Shown here in pieces: positions 53,101-63,233 of a DNA stretch of 64,000 bases. Numbering within the stretch: position 1 is the stretch's first letter; every line of letters starts with the position of its first letter. A program made the position numbers and the translations under genes. Under the pieces are notes generated by a model. The model was not told where the DNA came from. It did not search any database and saw only the letters and a program-made list of their open reading frames with translations. The stretch covers positions 76,750 through 140,749 of the forward strand of contig JAANOX010000116.1 of NCBI GenBank assembly GCA_020184695.1, in the 5' to 3' direction. This DNA comes from Histomonas meleagridis 2922-C6/04-290x (Eukaryota > Protista > Parabasalia).

Positions 53101-55403
53101 CTAATTTCATGATGAACTTATTACATGATATCGCATTACAACCATCATATTTCACAGTACCTGCAATATACTTAAAACAAAAAGAAATTGTCGAATCAAT
53201 GAATTATGGTGCAGCTTCATTCTTTAGTAGTTTTAATATGAATAATGTATACATTACAAAGATTCATTCATTTGGAGAATTAATTAAAGTTATATATAAC
53301 ATTACATATTATTCTGATTTAACTATATTATATCCAATACAAAAATTCGACTTTAAAGTTGAACTTAATCAAAAAGATGTTATTGATCATCGTATTGATA
53401 TGACTGATTTAATATGTAATTATCGAACACTTAAAAGTGATTTAGTTGAATGTTTATTATTAAATGAGAAATCAAATCTTGAAATCATTGCAAATAAAAT
53501 TGCAGAAGTATCTACAAAAGTTATTGGATTATTAAATTATATTGATTCAAGTAATATTATAACACAACGTATTGTTGAAGGATATTCTAAATTTGCAGAA
53601 TCTTTACCACGTATTTATACATATAAATTAAGTTCAATACATTTACGAGAATCTTTAGATTCATTAGATGTAGCTATTGATGAATCAATTGATTATATAG
53701 CAGTTAAATTATATGAAACTATTAACCAAGAAATGATTAATGAATTAATTAATCAAATTAATAATAAAACATTTCAACCTAATGAACGTAATAAGTTCAT
53801 ACATAACTTTACTAATTTAATTAAAGAGATATTAAGTAATAATGAAAATGATGAAGAATTACTTCAAACATTAAATGAAATCTTAATGTTAATTGAAGAT
53901 AATGAAATATATGAAGTTAAATCATTAGTTAAAGCATTACCAGATGATATTAATAAGTCATTACTTAAATGTATTAAAGATTCTGATTATTGTAAATATA
54001 TCATTAAAATAGAGAAATATAATGATGAAATTAAATATAGTAATACATATATATGGTATAAATATTCCATTAAGAATATCATTGATAAATTAAAGACAAC
54101 AGAATTAAATAATGATATAGTTAAATCAATTGATGAACTTACAAAAGATTTAAATGTTTTATCAATCGATAAAATCGAAAAGAATATTAATAAGTCATTA
54201 GACAAATCAAAGATTGAAGAATTAAAAGAATTACAAAAACAATGTGAAAGAGTTAAAACATATTTAGTTAAACTTCAAAAAGATTACGATAACTTTATCC
54301 AAACAATATCGACATCAACATCAACTAAAGGCCCAGCATTAATATATAAGAACTCAATCAAACAAATCATTCATATGTTTTATAATGAATATCAATTACA
54401 AGATTGGGATAATGAATCATTCGAAAGTTTATGTAAAATTGCTATATCACCAATTGAAACTAATTTCTCATCTGATTCAATTGCTGACTCATTAATCTTT
54501 TCTCGAAGATTAATGCGAAAACTTCGATTAACTAAAACTACAGTTCAAAGTAAATTCGTTACAAACATTGACTTATTATTAACATCAGCAGAGAAGTCAT
54601 TACGTGAATTATATATTGGTATCCAAAAGACGTCAATGGAATTAATGAAGAAACAAAAGATTGTTGTTGATAATTATGTCGAAACATTTAAGAAATTAAA
54701 GGATTCACAAATTAAGAAGTTTGTAGTACGATTAATGAATAACTTATCATTAGATATCGCTACAATGGATGACTTTAATGCTTCTGTGATATCTCAAGAC
54801 GTGAAAACTTTATACGAAGAAATGAATTCTGCAATAGATAAGTCAATACAAATTCAAGCATTAATACATTTCATTGAAGGTATCGAAAAGTCGATTTTAC
54901 CCGTAGATTATGATCGACTTTTAGAAATACTTCATAAGTTATTAGAGAATATGAATAGTCGAGATGAAGTGATTTTCGATTATGAACAAGACGCAATCAT
55001 TGAATTGGCATTGAAATTGTCCGATTGTTTGGCTCAATTGTATTCAATTAGGAATTCGTTAATGTTAGTTAAAGATATGCACAAATTGATCGCTATAAAG
55101 GATAAACTTTTCAAATTCATATCGGAATTGATCTTAACGTACGAAACTTACGCTGAAGAAATTAACGTCTTCAAGAGCACAGGGCACCCCATATTGGGCG
55201 TGTTAAATACAATACCAGTGATGTGCGAAAAGTTGTCAGCTTTGATCGAAAAGTCGTTCATGTTACAAATGAAGAAAGAAGACGTAGAAGCTGTCATCGA
55301 TGCTATGAAAGAATATGCTAAATCATGTCCAAAGGAAATCGCGCAAACTATGGAAACAGCAGTGAATGAAACAATTGATGTGATCCAAAAGTTAAATAAC
55401 TAA
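50178..55403 (+). CDS. Large FERM-domain protein with long helical rod (talin-like architecture)
   Basis: N-terminal ubiquitin-like lobes, FERM-central ALNLSAYLLQATKG...QLLPLFNCTSF, PH-like F3, then over 1200 aa of amphipathic helices. First plausible ATG is at 50178. Confidence 0.6.
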   Translation: MAAIHSLMGELNITLSVPYSSEPTVQATVSASSTIGDLFQRAVHVFNAIPNISSYEILVSLTDGTYAFAGSEEALGNFNIPKAAKVILVPKEYEVEVTYESLKPFKIMVAAREPTQSIVTHVCEQIGSMNPKDFILADGDFALIDSLSLAEQRPGVTKLQIVDSSSESIKVKFMDVYLRGPVYLSYSDALNLSAYLLQATKGPSRCYKGTSAALNNYMPKRFQSIAGAGEELFIHWEFLRDTTRTKAIKLFTSKVQLLPLFNCTSFSGERMRKDKTSNLPQEFEIIVTDKRLIFLDYKLFKTRISIAYRDLLEIERDDDEIEITYSDDAENIKKVKFETNTSKSLLRKLIEVNKSEEEAENYEISGSTQNYVFHKIEELKEDKNRIQFFPTDFIYKFVNTDETEPRITYFELMHALLIRADSCAWHLSVLIGKAKNQTLKSFKNELVAYYKRMMAYLTYLTYDYRPYDTAIDLGPVLLNLENETKKAKEIIQEVLKNLSFVKQMFIPISSDAIYVSSNNVIAYVLSHLFSNIEFKYATTESNKLEVFDQIIKEFNDNFIQMKEYIRQYIFSVGSVDFKNDLQKTLDFVFTHFLLSLDKLSIIVDTSEFKQLDPSIILHQDSCNIMMENIVQFSHLIWADRQALSQDHLAKFLEQAAMLANSLLSDTTKYNLHVSAISQFLKIARLNLVGLNSTLKSIFTHFVVYAERFISTYERVPSFEPPHMMLKLLQISSLLVVAQPLIHPKEIDIILKQLNRIAVESYNKIIEDIPTFDLLLEEGRNSNIAALKCYIVDNLKKCETEKPISEIINDSLPLFALQQLIGRLVSEWCPILLNIFFSHLTFIQAFFAHLIFQAKQDVISGKIKVSPLLQKSIEGLTKFDESSLWLPELNNETLKKTTLIFEGDNEHFGEILKLLRIGSDAYTGLIIPKITTHEQVKILIDATCCISQQAYNAVSMTLQNDISKAMASFAPLYLMSNFMMNLLHDIALQPSYFTVPAIYLKQKEIVESMNYGAASFFSSFNMNNVYITKIHSFGELIKVIYNITYYSDLTILYPIQKFDFKVELNQKDVIDHRIDMTDLICNYRTLKSDLVECLLLNEKSNLEIIANKIAEVSTKVIGLLNYIDSSNIITQRIVEGYSKFAESLPRIYTYKLSSIHLRESLDSLDVAIDESIDYIAVKLYETINQEMINELINQINNKTFQPNERNKFIHNFTNLIKEILSNNENDEELLQTLNEILMLIEDNEIYEVKSLVKALPDDINKSLLKCIKDSDYCKYIIKIEKYNDEIKYSNTYIWYKYSIKNIIDKLKTTELNNDIVKSIDELTKDLNVLSIDKIEKNINKSLDKSKIEELKELQKQCERVKTYLVKLQKDYDNFIQTISTSTSTKGPALIYKNSIKQIIHMFYNEYQLQDWDNESFESLCKIAISPIETNFSSDSIADSLIFSRRLMRKLRLTKTTVQSKFVTNIDLLLTSAEKSLRELYIGIQKTSMELMKKQKIVVDNYVETFKKLKDSQIKKFVVRLMNNLSLDIATMDDFNASVISQDVKTLYEEMNSAIDKSIQIQALIHFIEGIEKSILPVDYDRLLEILHKLLENMNSRDEVIFDYEQDAIIELALKLSDCLAQLYSIRNSLMLVKDMHKLIAIKDKLFKFISELILTYETYAEEINVFKSTGHPILGVLNTIPVMCEKLSALIEKSFMLQMKKEDVEAVIDAMKEYAKSCPKEIAQTMETAVNETIDVIQKLNN

Positions 55404-55633
55404 GTAAAAAGTACACTGCCATTAGTTTTGTGATGATTCAAAATTTTTGATTATGAAAAAAAAAAAATGAAAACTGTGAAATTTTTGTTCGTTTTCTTCG
55501 CGTTGTTCCAATAATAACTTTGGATTTGTTGGAATGATTTTGTTCTTTGAGGATGAGATTAAACTTTTTAAATGACGATTCGATCGGTGAACAGTTAATG
55601 ATTCAAAAAGTGGAATTGGGGCGCCCCGGTACA

Positions 55634-56425
55634 ATGGCGCTCGTTGTTTTGTCTGGGGTTCCTGGATCAGGAAAAACTCGACTAGCACAACATTTAAAGC
55701 CGATTTTCGAAGCTACTGGAAGAGAATGTGTAATTGTTTCCGAACCTAGCGTTGAAGATGGTACGTTTTCTGCATCAAGACGTGAAACTGCTGGAAGAAG
55801 TGATTTTAAGGCTGCTATTCGGAGAAACATCTCACCAGAGAAAATTGTTATTGCAGATGGAATGAATTTTATCAAAGGTTTTCGTTATGAATTATACGCA
55901 ATGGCACGTGAAATTGGACTTGGTTTTTGTTGCGCATTTTGTGATGTCCCTGAAGAAGTGGCAAGAGAAAGATCAAAAGATAGATATCCAGAAGCAACAT
56001 TATCTGATCTTATTGGAAGAATGGAAAAGCCAAGTGAAAGAAACAAATGGGACCGCCCATTAATAATCGTTAAAGATGCAGATGATAAATTGGTTCAAGA
56101 GCAAATTGTTTCACATGCATTATCAAAATCATCAAAATTAGCACCAAAGAAAGCAACATCAAAAGCTATTGGTTCATCAGCACAAGTTAACACACAAATT
56201 GATCAAGCAATTAATGCTTTTTGCAACGAATTGTTAAAAGTTCAACAAACAGTTCCTCTCGGATCAACGATTGTTGTCTGCGGCGCAAAGTTTGTGCTCA
56301 AGAAACAACTTAACTCTGGACAGCTAAAGAGAGCACGAAGAGATTTTGCAGCTCGTGCAAAAACTATAAGCGATGCGTCAAATATAACACAACTCTTTGC
56401 AGATTCTTTGGAAGTGCTTTTCTGA
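55634..56425 (+). CDS. KTI12: KTI12 (Elongator-associated P-loop protein)
   Basis: MALVVLSGVPGSGKT, IVIADGMNFIKGFRYEL, EKPSERNKWDRPL. Confidence 0.9.
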   Translation: MALVVLSGVPGSGKTRLAQHLKPIFEATGRECVIVSEPSVEDGTFSASRRETAGRSDFKAAIRRNISPEKIVIADGMNFIKGFRYELYAMAREIGLGFCCAFCDVPEEVARERSKDRYPEATLSDLIGRMEKPSERNKWDRPLIIVKDADDKLVQEQIVSHALSKSSKLAPKKATSKAIGSSAQVNTQIDQAINAFCNELLKVQQTVPLGSTIVVCGAKFVLKKQLNSGQLKRARRDFAARAKTISDASNITQLFADSLEVLF

Positions 56426-56961
56426 TATTTGATTTACGAACTTGAAAAACTAAAATAAAAGTATGTGAAATAAAACAAAAAAAAAGACAAATTTTTATTC
56501 AAAAATATCATTAAAACATTTTTGTTCATTCGAATTCTTCAGGAAATACGTTTCTGTTTTCTACAATATGATTCATATTCATTACAGAGCCATTATGCTA
56601 CTTTAAAATGATCGATGGAGTACTTTGAAAATACATTTTTTCCAACATACAAAAATTATCATTGATGAGATTTTACCCATCAAATAACAATGAAGTTTCT
56701 CATTTAATCTTTATTGGTTTACAATGTACAAATATAAAAAAGCTCATAATCAAAAAATTATAACAATAAGCTTCATATACAAAAATGCTTTGATTTTAAA
56801 AATAATTAATTTTTGAATATAAGAGAATATGCTAACGTTTCTCCCTTTACATTCACACCATAATGTTGGTTATAAGAGAAATATAAAAAAGCATAAAAAA
56901 AATTGAGATAATATTTTATCATTCTTCTCTCAATATAAAAAGAAAGAATTTGTTTTAGAAT

Positions 56962-57276
56962 TTACCAAGTTGGTTCTGCATGCTTCTTCTTCTTGTCAAC
57001 CATCCATTCGAACTTCCTGAGACGACCAAGGCAATACATTGATGATTTCTTGCATTGTTGGCATGTGAAACGAAGGCTGATCTTCTTTGATGTCTTCTTG
57101 CTACGACGAAGGAATGGTTTAACACGACCCACGAAACCTTCTTGCTTACGATCATATCTACGACGACCAAGTGCAACCTTACGTTCTTCGCCACGACTTG
57201 CTTGTGTAACCTTAACTGTGGTGTGCTTCTTGCAGAATTTGCAGAAGAATTTCTTTGTCTTTGGGTAATGAACCAT
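56962..57276 (-). CDS. RPL36A: 60S ribosomal protein L36a/L44 (eL42)
   Basis: MVHYPK...C..C.KH, GRRRYDRKQ, KTSKKISLRFTC..C. CCTTT (M5) lies 6 nt upstream (forward 57283-57287). Confidence 0.95.
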   Translation of the reverse strand: MVHYPKTKKFFCKFCKKHTTVKVTQASRGEERKVALGRRRYDRKQEGFVGRVKPFLRRSKKTSKKISLRFTCQQCKKSSMYCLGRLRKFEWMVDKKKKHAEPTW

Positions 57277-57846
57277 CGAAAGAAAGGCCAAAACCTCCAA
57301 AACCACTACGATAGATCAAACGATCGTTTTTAATTCAAAATACTTTCCAACGTTAAATTTAAGGCACCCCAAAACACAATTCCAGTCACTCAATTGAGTT
57401 ATTTTTAAAAACAAAAAATTTGATAAATGTATTTTAATATTTACTTTATTTTTATATTAAAGCTAGAAAAAACAAAAAAATTAATCTTTAGATTTCAATA
57501 ATTACCATTAATAAAATAGATTATACATCAAAAATAATTAGGACTGGTATCTAAAATCATATATTTTGAAAAAATGATTTCAATATTCATCAATTTGATA
57601 GCAATTTTTTATTTTTGTGATAAGGATTTAATAAAAATCAAAAAATTCACCAGAATTTTAACTACTCATTGAGGAACTCTATTTTTTCTTTCCATAAAGG
57701 TCGAAAAGAAATTAGATAATGGAACCTGTGTTATAAGAAGATGATATGGAATCCATAATAAAATCAAATATTAATCAGTTACACATAAAAATCATGTTTA
57801 TATCTCTGGTTCCATTTAATTAGAAACATATAAAAATAAGGTTTAG

Positions 57847-57866
57847 TATATATATATATATATATA
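57847..57866. repeat. (TA)10 microsatellite
   Basis: Read directly from sequence. Confidence 0.9.
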
Positions 57867-58200
57867 TTAAATGTTTTATTAAAATCCATTAAATTTTAAA
57901 AATACGCTCTAAAATATCAAGTAAGAACATGTTAAATCATAATTTTCCTGAATAAATCTATGCATTACAAGAAATCTATTTAATAAATTGAATTCTTTAA
58001 AGAATTCACTGATTTTTAAATAATATAAAACTTAAAACTTCTTTTCGTTTTGATATTGAAGTTAAGTTAGTTAATCTATATTCATATTCTTAATGAAATA
58101 TATTTAATTTATAGAATTTATTTATGTAAACATGTTTTTTGTTCTATTTTTAAACACATGGAAAATGTATTGCTTTTTCTCCAAGCAAATTTTTTCCTTC

Positions 58201-58554
58201 TCATTCATCCGAAAAGTCGTCAAAGGTGAAATCTGAATCAGAGAAATGAAACTCATTGTCTCCGGATTGGTTTTGATCTTCATCTGTAGCCGCACGAATA
58301 TCGTTACTAAAAGACATATCATCAAGTAATCTGAAGAATTCTCCATTTTCTTGATGTGTATTTTGCCCATTATTTATTTGCGCTTGATTGCTTGTGGATC
58401 TTCTTGTTTCGGCATATGTTTTAATTTCTTCCAAGAGTTGAATTGAATCTTCGGTAAATTTATTATTCTTAAAATAAAGGGTATAAACTTTACCGCAGGG
58501 TAATGAAAATGTTATAGTATCATGAACTTTTATGAATCTTGATCTTCGACCCAT
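58201..58554 (-). CDS. Hypothetical small protein with acidic tail
   Basis: 117-aa ORF with Inr-like TCATTTT just upstream of the ATG; basic N-terminus and D/F-rich C-terminus. Confidence 0.6.
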   Translation of the reverse strand: MGRRSRFIKVHDTITFSLPCGKVYTLYFKNNKFTEDSIQLLEEIKTYAETRRSTSNQAQINNGQNTHQENGEFFRLLDDMSFSNDIRAATDEDQNQSGDNEFHFSDSDFTFDDFSDE

Positions 58555-59148
58555 GAAGAAAAAATGAAAATCTGTTTACGTGACTTGACATTCTGACAGA
58601 TGCATTGAATATTTTGACCAATTTGATTGTTTTGCCAGAAGTTTAATAGGTTATTGACAAAAGATGTCAAGAGTTGTGCAAAGAAACCGTTAACAAAAAG
58701 GGGAATATGAAACAAAATCCCATCAGCAAATTGTTAAATAATTGCTATAAATTATGAAATGATATCATTGATCTTGAAAAATTTTTAAGTGGAAGGTTTG
58801 AGGATACGTCAAAAACCATTAAGCATTTCATTTAATTACAAAGAGTTATTAATAGGTAATTCATTATTTTTGATTATTTCATATGAAATAATATTTGTAG
58901 ATGGATAGATAGATTATTCTTCAATCAATAAGATTATTATATTTTGAAAGAATTTGCTTTATGTTATACACTATCTTCCGTTAGTTCCATTTGTGTTTCC
59001 TACCATATGCACCCTGTGTAAATTACAAATCAGTGTAAAACAAATGCGTTTGAGAGTGCCCAATTCGAACCTTCTGCTTGAAAAAGTGCTATTGGCAAAT
59101 TTCGGTTTATTCAAATACGATCAGTTGCGCTTAAGATTTTTTGCTTCC

Positions 59149-60339
59149 ATGAATACAACCATCATTTCGTTAATTGCATCTAGTTTAGCAAAAAGCCCAT
59201 TCATTTCATTAAGAGGAGAAACTTTAATTTCTAAATGTATTTTTTCTCGTCATTTTGCAACAATACTTCATGGAGGTTATAACTTTAAATCAAATGCAAA
59301 AATTTCTTCAACCACATTTCGTGACACTCTTGGTACAGCCATAAGAATTTCAAATAGTGGCTTTGAAGATTTAATATTTAATTCACCACAAGAAATAACA
59401 AATTCCTCAAACCTTGAAATAACCCATTGCTTATTTATAAATTGTAACTCAAATCAGCAAGGAGGTGCTCTCAAGTTTGGTACAACATCAACAATTGGTA
59501 CACTTCGAATATCTAAAACAGGATTTCACAATTGTCGAAACACAAAAGAAGGAGGAGCTTTCTATGTCAAGTGCACATACTTTGAGATGTCTTCTGTATG
59601 CATTGATCAATGTTCAGCAGAGACATATTCAGCCGGATGTTTCTTTGGCAAGTATAACAAAGCCATAGTAGAAAACTCCTACATAACCAGCATATCTGGG
59701 AGTGAGAGTGGCGCCGTTCTCCTCATCGAGAACAACGAGCCTTCTCTGCGCGCATCGAATATAACATCCGTCACATGCGCAAACGGTCGCTCTATCGCTG
59801 AGTTCGGCGGTTATTCCAGTCAATGTCTGAAAGTTTCGAATATTCTTTTTCTTCGATGTTCTGCGCAGAACATCCTCTATTTTAGTGAGCAATATGCTGC
59901 GACAATCAGCACAATTAACTTTATCAAGAACAGGGGCACAAAGAACTTAGTTTATTTGCACCCGAATTGTTTGACCGTGACCGAATGCGCATTCATCGAA
60001 GACGAATCCGAAAGATTCTTTAACGACGCTTGCTTCCTGAAGAACTGCGTCTTCAGCGGAAGTGACCAGGCGAAGATTCCCGATGCGGCCGTGAAGCAGA
60101 GCCTCACGTTCGACGCCGGCTTCCAAACGTTCCAATTTAACATTCCCAACAGCGACGCGTGCTGGAACTTGATGACAAAGGACACGGCAGGCACTGGAGG
60201 AGGAGGATCTTCCGCGTCAACGATTTTGGCGTTCTTGCTGCTGACTGTCGCTGTCATTGGCATCGCATTCGTGGTGTACAAGTTCTGGAAGAGCCGCCGA
60301 CAAGGCGAGGCACTCCTCAAAATGTATTCGTCTGTCTAA
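59149..60339 (+). CDS. Type I membrane surface protein with right-handed beta-helix (Pmp-like) repeats
   Basis: Signal-like N-terminus from ATG 59149, GGA(L/F) and F.NC motifs (FINCNSNQQGGAL, FHNCRNTKEGGAF), C-terminal TM and short cytosolic tail. Confidence 0.75.
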   Translation: MNTTIISLIASSLAKSPFISLRGETLISKCIFSRHFATILHGGYNFKSNAKISSTTFRDTLGTAIRISNSGFEDLIFNSPQEITNSSNLEITHCLFINCNSNQQGGALKFGTTSTIGTLRISKTGFHNCRNTKEGGAFYVKCTYFEMSSVCIDQCSAETYSAGCFFGKYNKAIVENSYITSISGSESGAVLLIENNEPSLRASNITSVTCANGRSIAEFGGYSSQCLKVSNILFLRCSAQNILYFSEQYAATISTINFIKNRGTKNLVYLHPNCLTVTECAFIEDESERFFNDACFLKNCVFSGSDQAKIPDAAVKQSLTFDAGFQTFQFNIPNSDACWNLMTKDTAGTGGGGSSASTILAFLLLTVAVIGIAFVVYKFWKSRRQGEALLKMYSSV

Positions 60340-61031
60340 AGGAGTTCATAAATGATAATGATCATGCTGTGAAAAATTTGTACTTTTTGAAATTGTGTTT
60401 TTGAGTGTTGTTGTCGCATTTTTTGGAGGAGAAAATTTTTTTATTTTGTGCCAAATAATTTGACAACAACAAAAAAAGAATTTTTGAAAGCAAATTTTGC
60501 CGGTTCTATGAAGTGATGTCATAATTATTTTGACACGTCAATTTTATTTTTTGAGCGGTTTTTTCTGGATATAATTTTGTTTTAAAATGTTTACTTAATA
60601 CAATATTGTGTGGTACGTTGGGTTTAAACGTATGAGTTTTTGTACAAAATGCCATGGATTAGAAATAATGAAGTTTAAACTTAAACTTGCAACTTTTGTA
60701 TATATCATGGGCTAAATGATAAAAGTTTTACTTGAATATATATAGGCATCAATTTTTAAAATTTTTATTTTAATTTTCATATATACACAAAATCCTGGAT
60801 CTCCCAAAATATATTATTAAATAGGGAAACAGTTCTTTGTACAAGCTCAAAAGATCTTTGAAAGTATTTTAAAAAAATTCGTAATGAATGAAATTCACAG
60901 GTTAAGTTAGAAGCCAAGGAAATAAAAAAAGAAGATTATTACGAACTAAGTCTTTCGAGAATGACTTAATAAAACTTTAAAAGTAATATTTGATGAATCA
61001 AATAACCAATATTTTGACTAAAAAATATACG

Positions 61032-61132
61032 GCAGCTGACTCTAGCAACGACACTAGCCGGAGCTATCAAAACTGCAGCTTTGTTAGGGATTTTGAATTG
61101 GCTTCCCCACGAAGATGGCCAGGCCAAATCCC
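61032..61132. ncRNA. Candidate structured RNA (two GC-rich hairpins)
   Basis: Hairpin 61032-61076 (gcag/ctgc, ctag/ctag) and hairpin 61087-61132 (gggattt/aaatccc); no clean H box. Confidence 0.25.
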
Positions 61133-61231
61133 AATTGCTCGTTCAAACAAACCTCAGTCAATTTATTGAATATCCATTCTATCGTCCTTCTCATAAAAAA
61201 TTGAATATCTCTGTTTGGCTTTCCTTTTTTC

Positions 61232-61813
61232 ATGCAAGACGTGAAACTCTTCGGAAAGTGGTCTTATTCCGACATTGATTTCAGCCTACTTGACAAAGCC
61301 CTTGTCGACTACATCTCAGTCCACGAAAAGCAACAAGTTATTCTCCCACATACAGCCGGACGTTATCAACATCAACAATTCCACAAGGTTAGCTGCCCAC
61401 TTGTTGAACGCTTTGTTTGCTACCTCATGTGCCACGGTCGTAATGCAGGTAAGAAGCTTATGGCTATCCGCATTGTTCGCCAAGCTTTCGATCTCATTAA
61501 CCTTGTTACAGGTGAGAACCCACTTGTTGTCTTTGTTAAAGCTGTTCAATACTGTGGCGCCCGCGAAGATTCCACCCGTATTGGTGTAGGTGGTACAGTC
61601 CGTCGTCAAGCATGCGATGTTTCTCCACTCCGTCGTATCAACCAATCACTTGCTCTCATAACAGAGGGAGCTCGTAAGTCAGCTTTCCGCTCATCCAAGA
61701 CAATTGCCGAATGTCTTGCCGATGAACTTATTGCTGCATCAGGAAACACAAACGATAGCTATGCTGTCCGCAAGAAGGATGAACTTGAACGTATTGCCAA
61801 ATCTAATCGTTAA
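61232..61813 (+). CDS. RPS5: 40S ribosomal protein S5 (uS7)
   Basis: [50 protein letters not shown] at 61223-61227. Confidence 0.98.
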   Translation: MQDVKLFGKWSYSDIDFSLLDKALVDYISVHEKQQVILPHTAGRYQHQQFHKVSCPLVERFVCYLMCHGRNAGKKLMAIRIVRQAFDLINLVTGENPLVVFVKAVQYCGAREDSTRIGVGGTVRRQACDVSPLRRINQSLALITEGARKSAFRSSKTIAECLADELIAASGNTNDSYAVRKKDELERIAKSNR

Positions 61814-61892
61814 ACAACTCATCAATTAATTTTACTTATTCGCCACTTTTTCGATTTAATAAAAATTCATAACTTTACAAAAACCATTTCAA

Positions 61893-63233
61893 ATGTCCTC
61901 TCCAAAGAGAAAAGAAGACAAGAAAAAATTCGATGTTTCAACACCATATGAATTGCAAAAAGGAGTATGCGTAACTTTTGACGAAACAACAGGACAACTT
62001 AAAGATGTTCCGAAAAAATTGGTGGCAGTCTTGGGACCAAGAGTTGCTGCAAATGTTGTAGAAGATCAAAATATTGACTCTTCATTATTACCTCCAGCAG
62101 CTACAATGTATAATGGAAATCTTATTACTGATCCAATTTCTTGTGAACACGTAGTTCACGTAGATTTTAATAGCGAAATGGGATTTGTTGGTCTGCCTCC
62201 AGAATGGGAGAAACTTCTTAAAGTTAACGGTATCAAAAAAGAAGAAATCATCCAAAATCCTCAAGATGTAATTGATACAATGAACTTCGTGAATAATCCT
62301 TCCCAAATGATATCTACAGTAAACCAAGTTGTCAATGGAGACGTACCACCACTTCCAGAACTCAAAGATTTTCTTCGAAGCGATAATCCAAGAACTTTTC
62401 TAACAGACATTGAAAAACTCGATGAAGGTTCCACATGTACTGTCTACACAGCAAAGCTTGATGGCAAAACTGTTGCTCTCAAAGAGATGATAATGACAGA
62501 AAAAAATGAAAAGACACTTCTTGAAGAAACACGATTTATGAAAAGCATGAACAGCCCATACATAGTTGAATTCTATTCTGCGCATCGCATTGACAATCAA
62601 TTGTGGATTGTAATGGAATACATGAATGGCGGGTCATTAACAAATGTAGCCACATTTTGTGATTGTCAAGAACCCCACATTGCATTCTTTGCTGACAAGA
62701 TTCTTCGTGCTCTTGAATACATGCATAGTCAAAATAAGATTCATCGTGATATTAAGACAGATAATGTCCTTCTTACAACTGACGGTAAAGTCAAGCTTGC
62801 TGACTTTGGGTATACAGCACAACTATCATCTAGTGGTGAAAGTCGTAAATCAATTGTTGGCACGCCATATTGGATGGCACCTGAATTAATTCGATCACAA
62901 CCGTACACTTTTTCAGTTGACATTTGGTCACTTGGCATTTTATGCAGAGAACTGGCAGAAGGTGAACCCCCCTATGTTGAGGTGCCCCCAATGAGAGCAC
63001 TTTTCCTTATCGTCTCTCAGGGGCTCCCCGAAATTTCCAATATCGAAAGTAGGTCACCCCAATTTTTGGACTTCTTGAATCAATGCTTAAATCCTGATCC
63101 AGCTAAAAGACCAACTGCAACAGAACTTCTAAAACATCCATTCTTGAAAATGGCCTGCGATATAAAATACATTCCTCCACTTCTCCAACTTGCAGCAGAT
63201 CTTGCAAAGGAAGATGACTTTGAGGACTTTTAA
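61893..63233 (+). CDS. PAK/STE20-family kinase with CRIB/PBD
   Basis: ITDPISCEHVVHVDF...GLPPEWEKLL CRIB; HRDIKTDN, DFG, GTPYWMAPE. Confidence 0.92.
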   Translation: MSSPKRKEDKKKFDVSTPYELQKGVCVTFDETTGQLKDVPKKLVAVLGPRVAANVVEDQNIDSSLLPPAATMYNGNLITDPISCEHVVHVDFNSEMGFVGLPPEWEKLLKVNGIKKEEIIQNPQDVIDTMNFVNNPSQMISTVNQVVNGDVPPLPELKDFLRSDNPRTFLTDIEKLDEGSTCTVYTAKLDGKTVALKEMIMTEKNEKTLLEETRFMKSMNSPYIVEFYSAHRIDNQLWIVMEYMNGGSLTNVATFCDCQEPHIAFFADKILRALEYMHSQNKIHRDIKTDNVLLTTDGKVKLADFGYTAQLSSSGESRKSIVGTPYWMAPELIRSQPYTFSVDIWSLGILCRELAEGEPPYVEVPPMRALFLIVSQGLPEISNIESRSPQFLDFLNQCLNPDPAKRPTATELLKHPFLKMACDIKYIPPLLQLAADLAKEDDFEDF

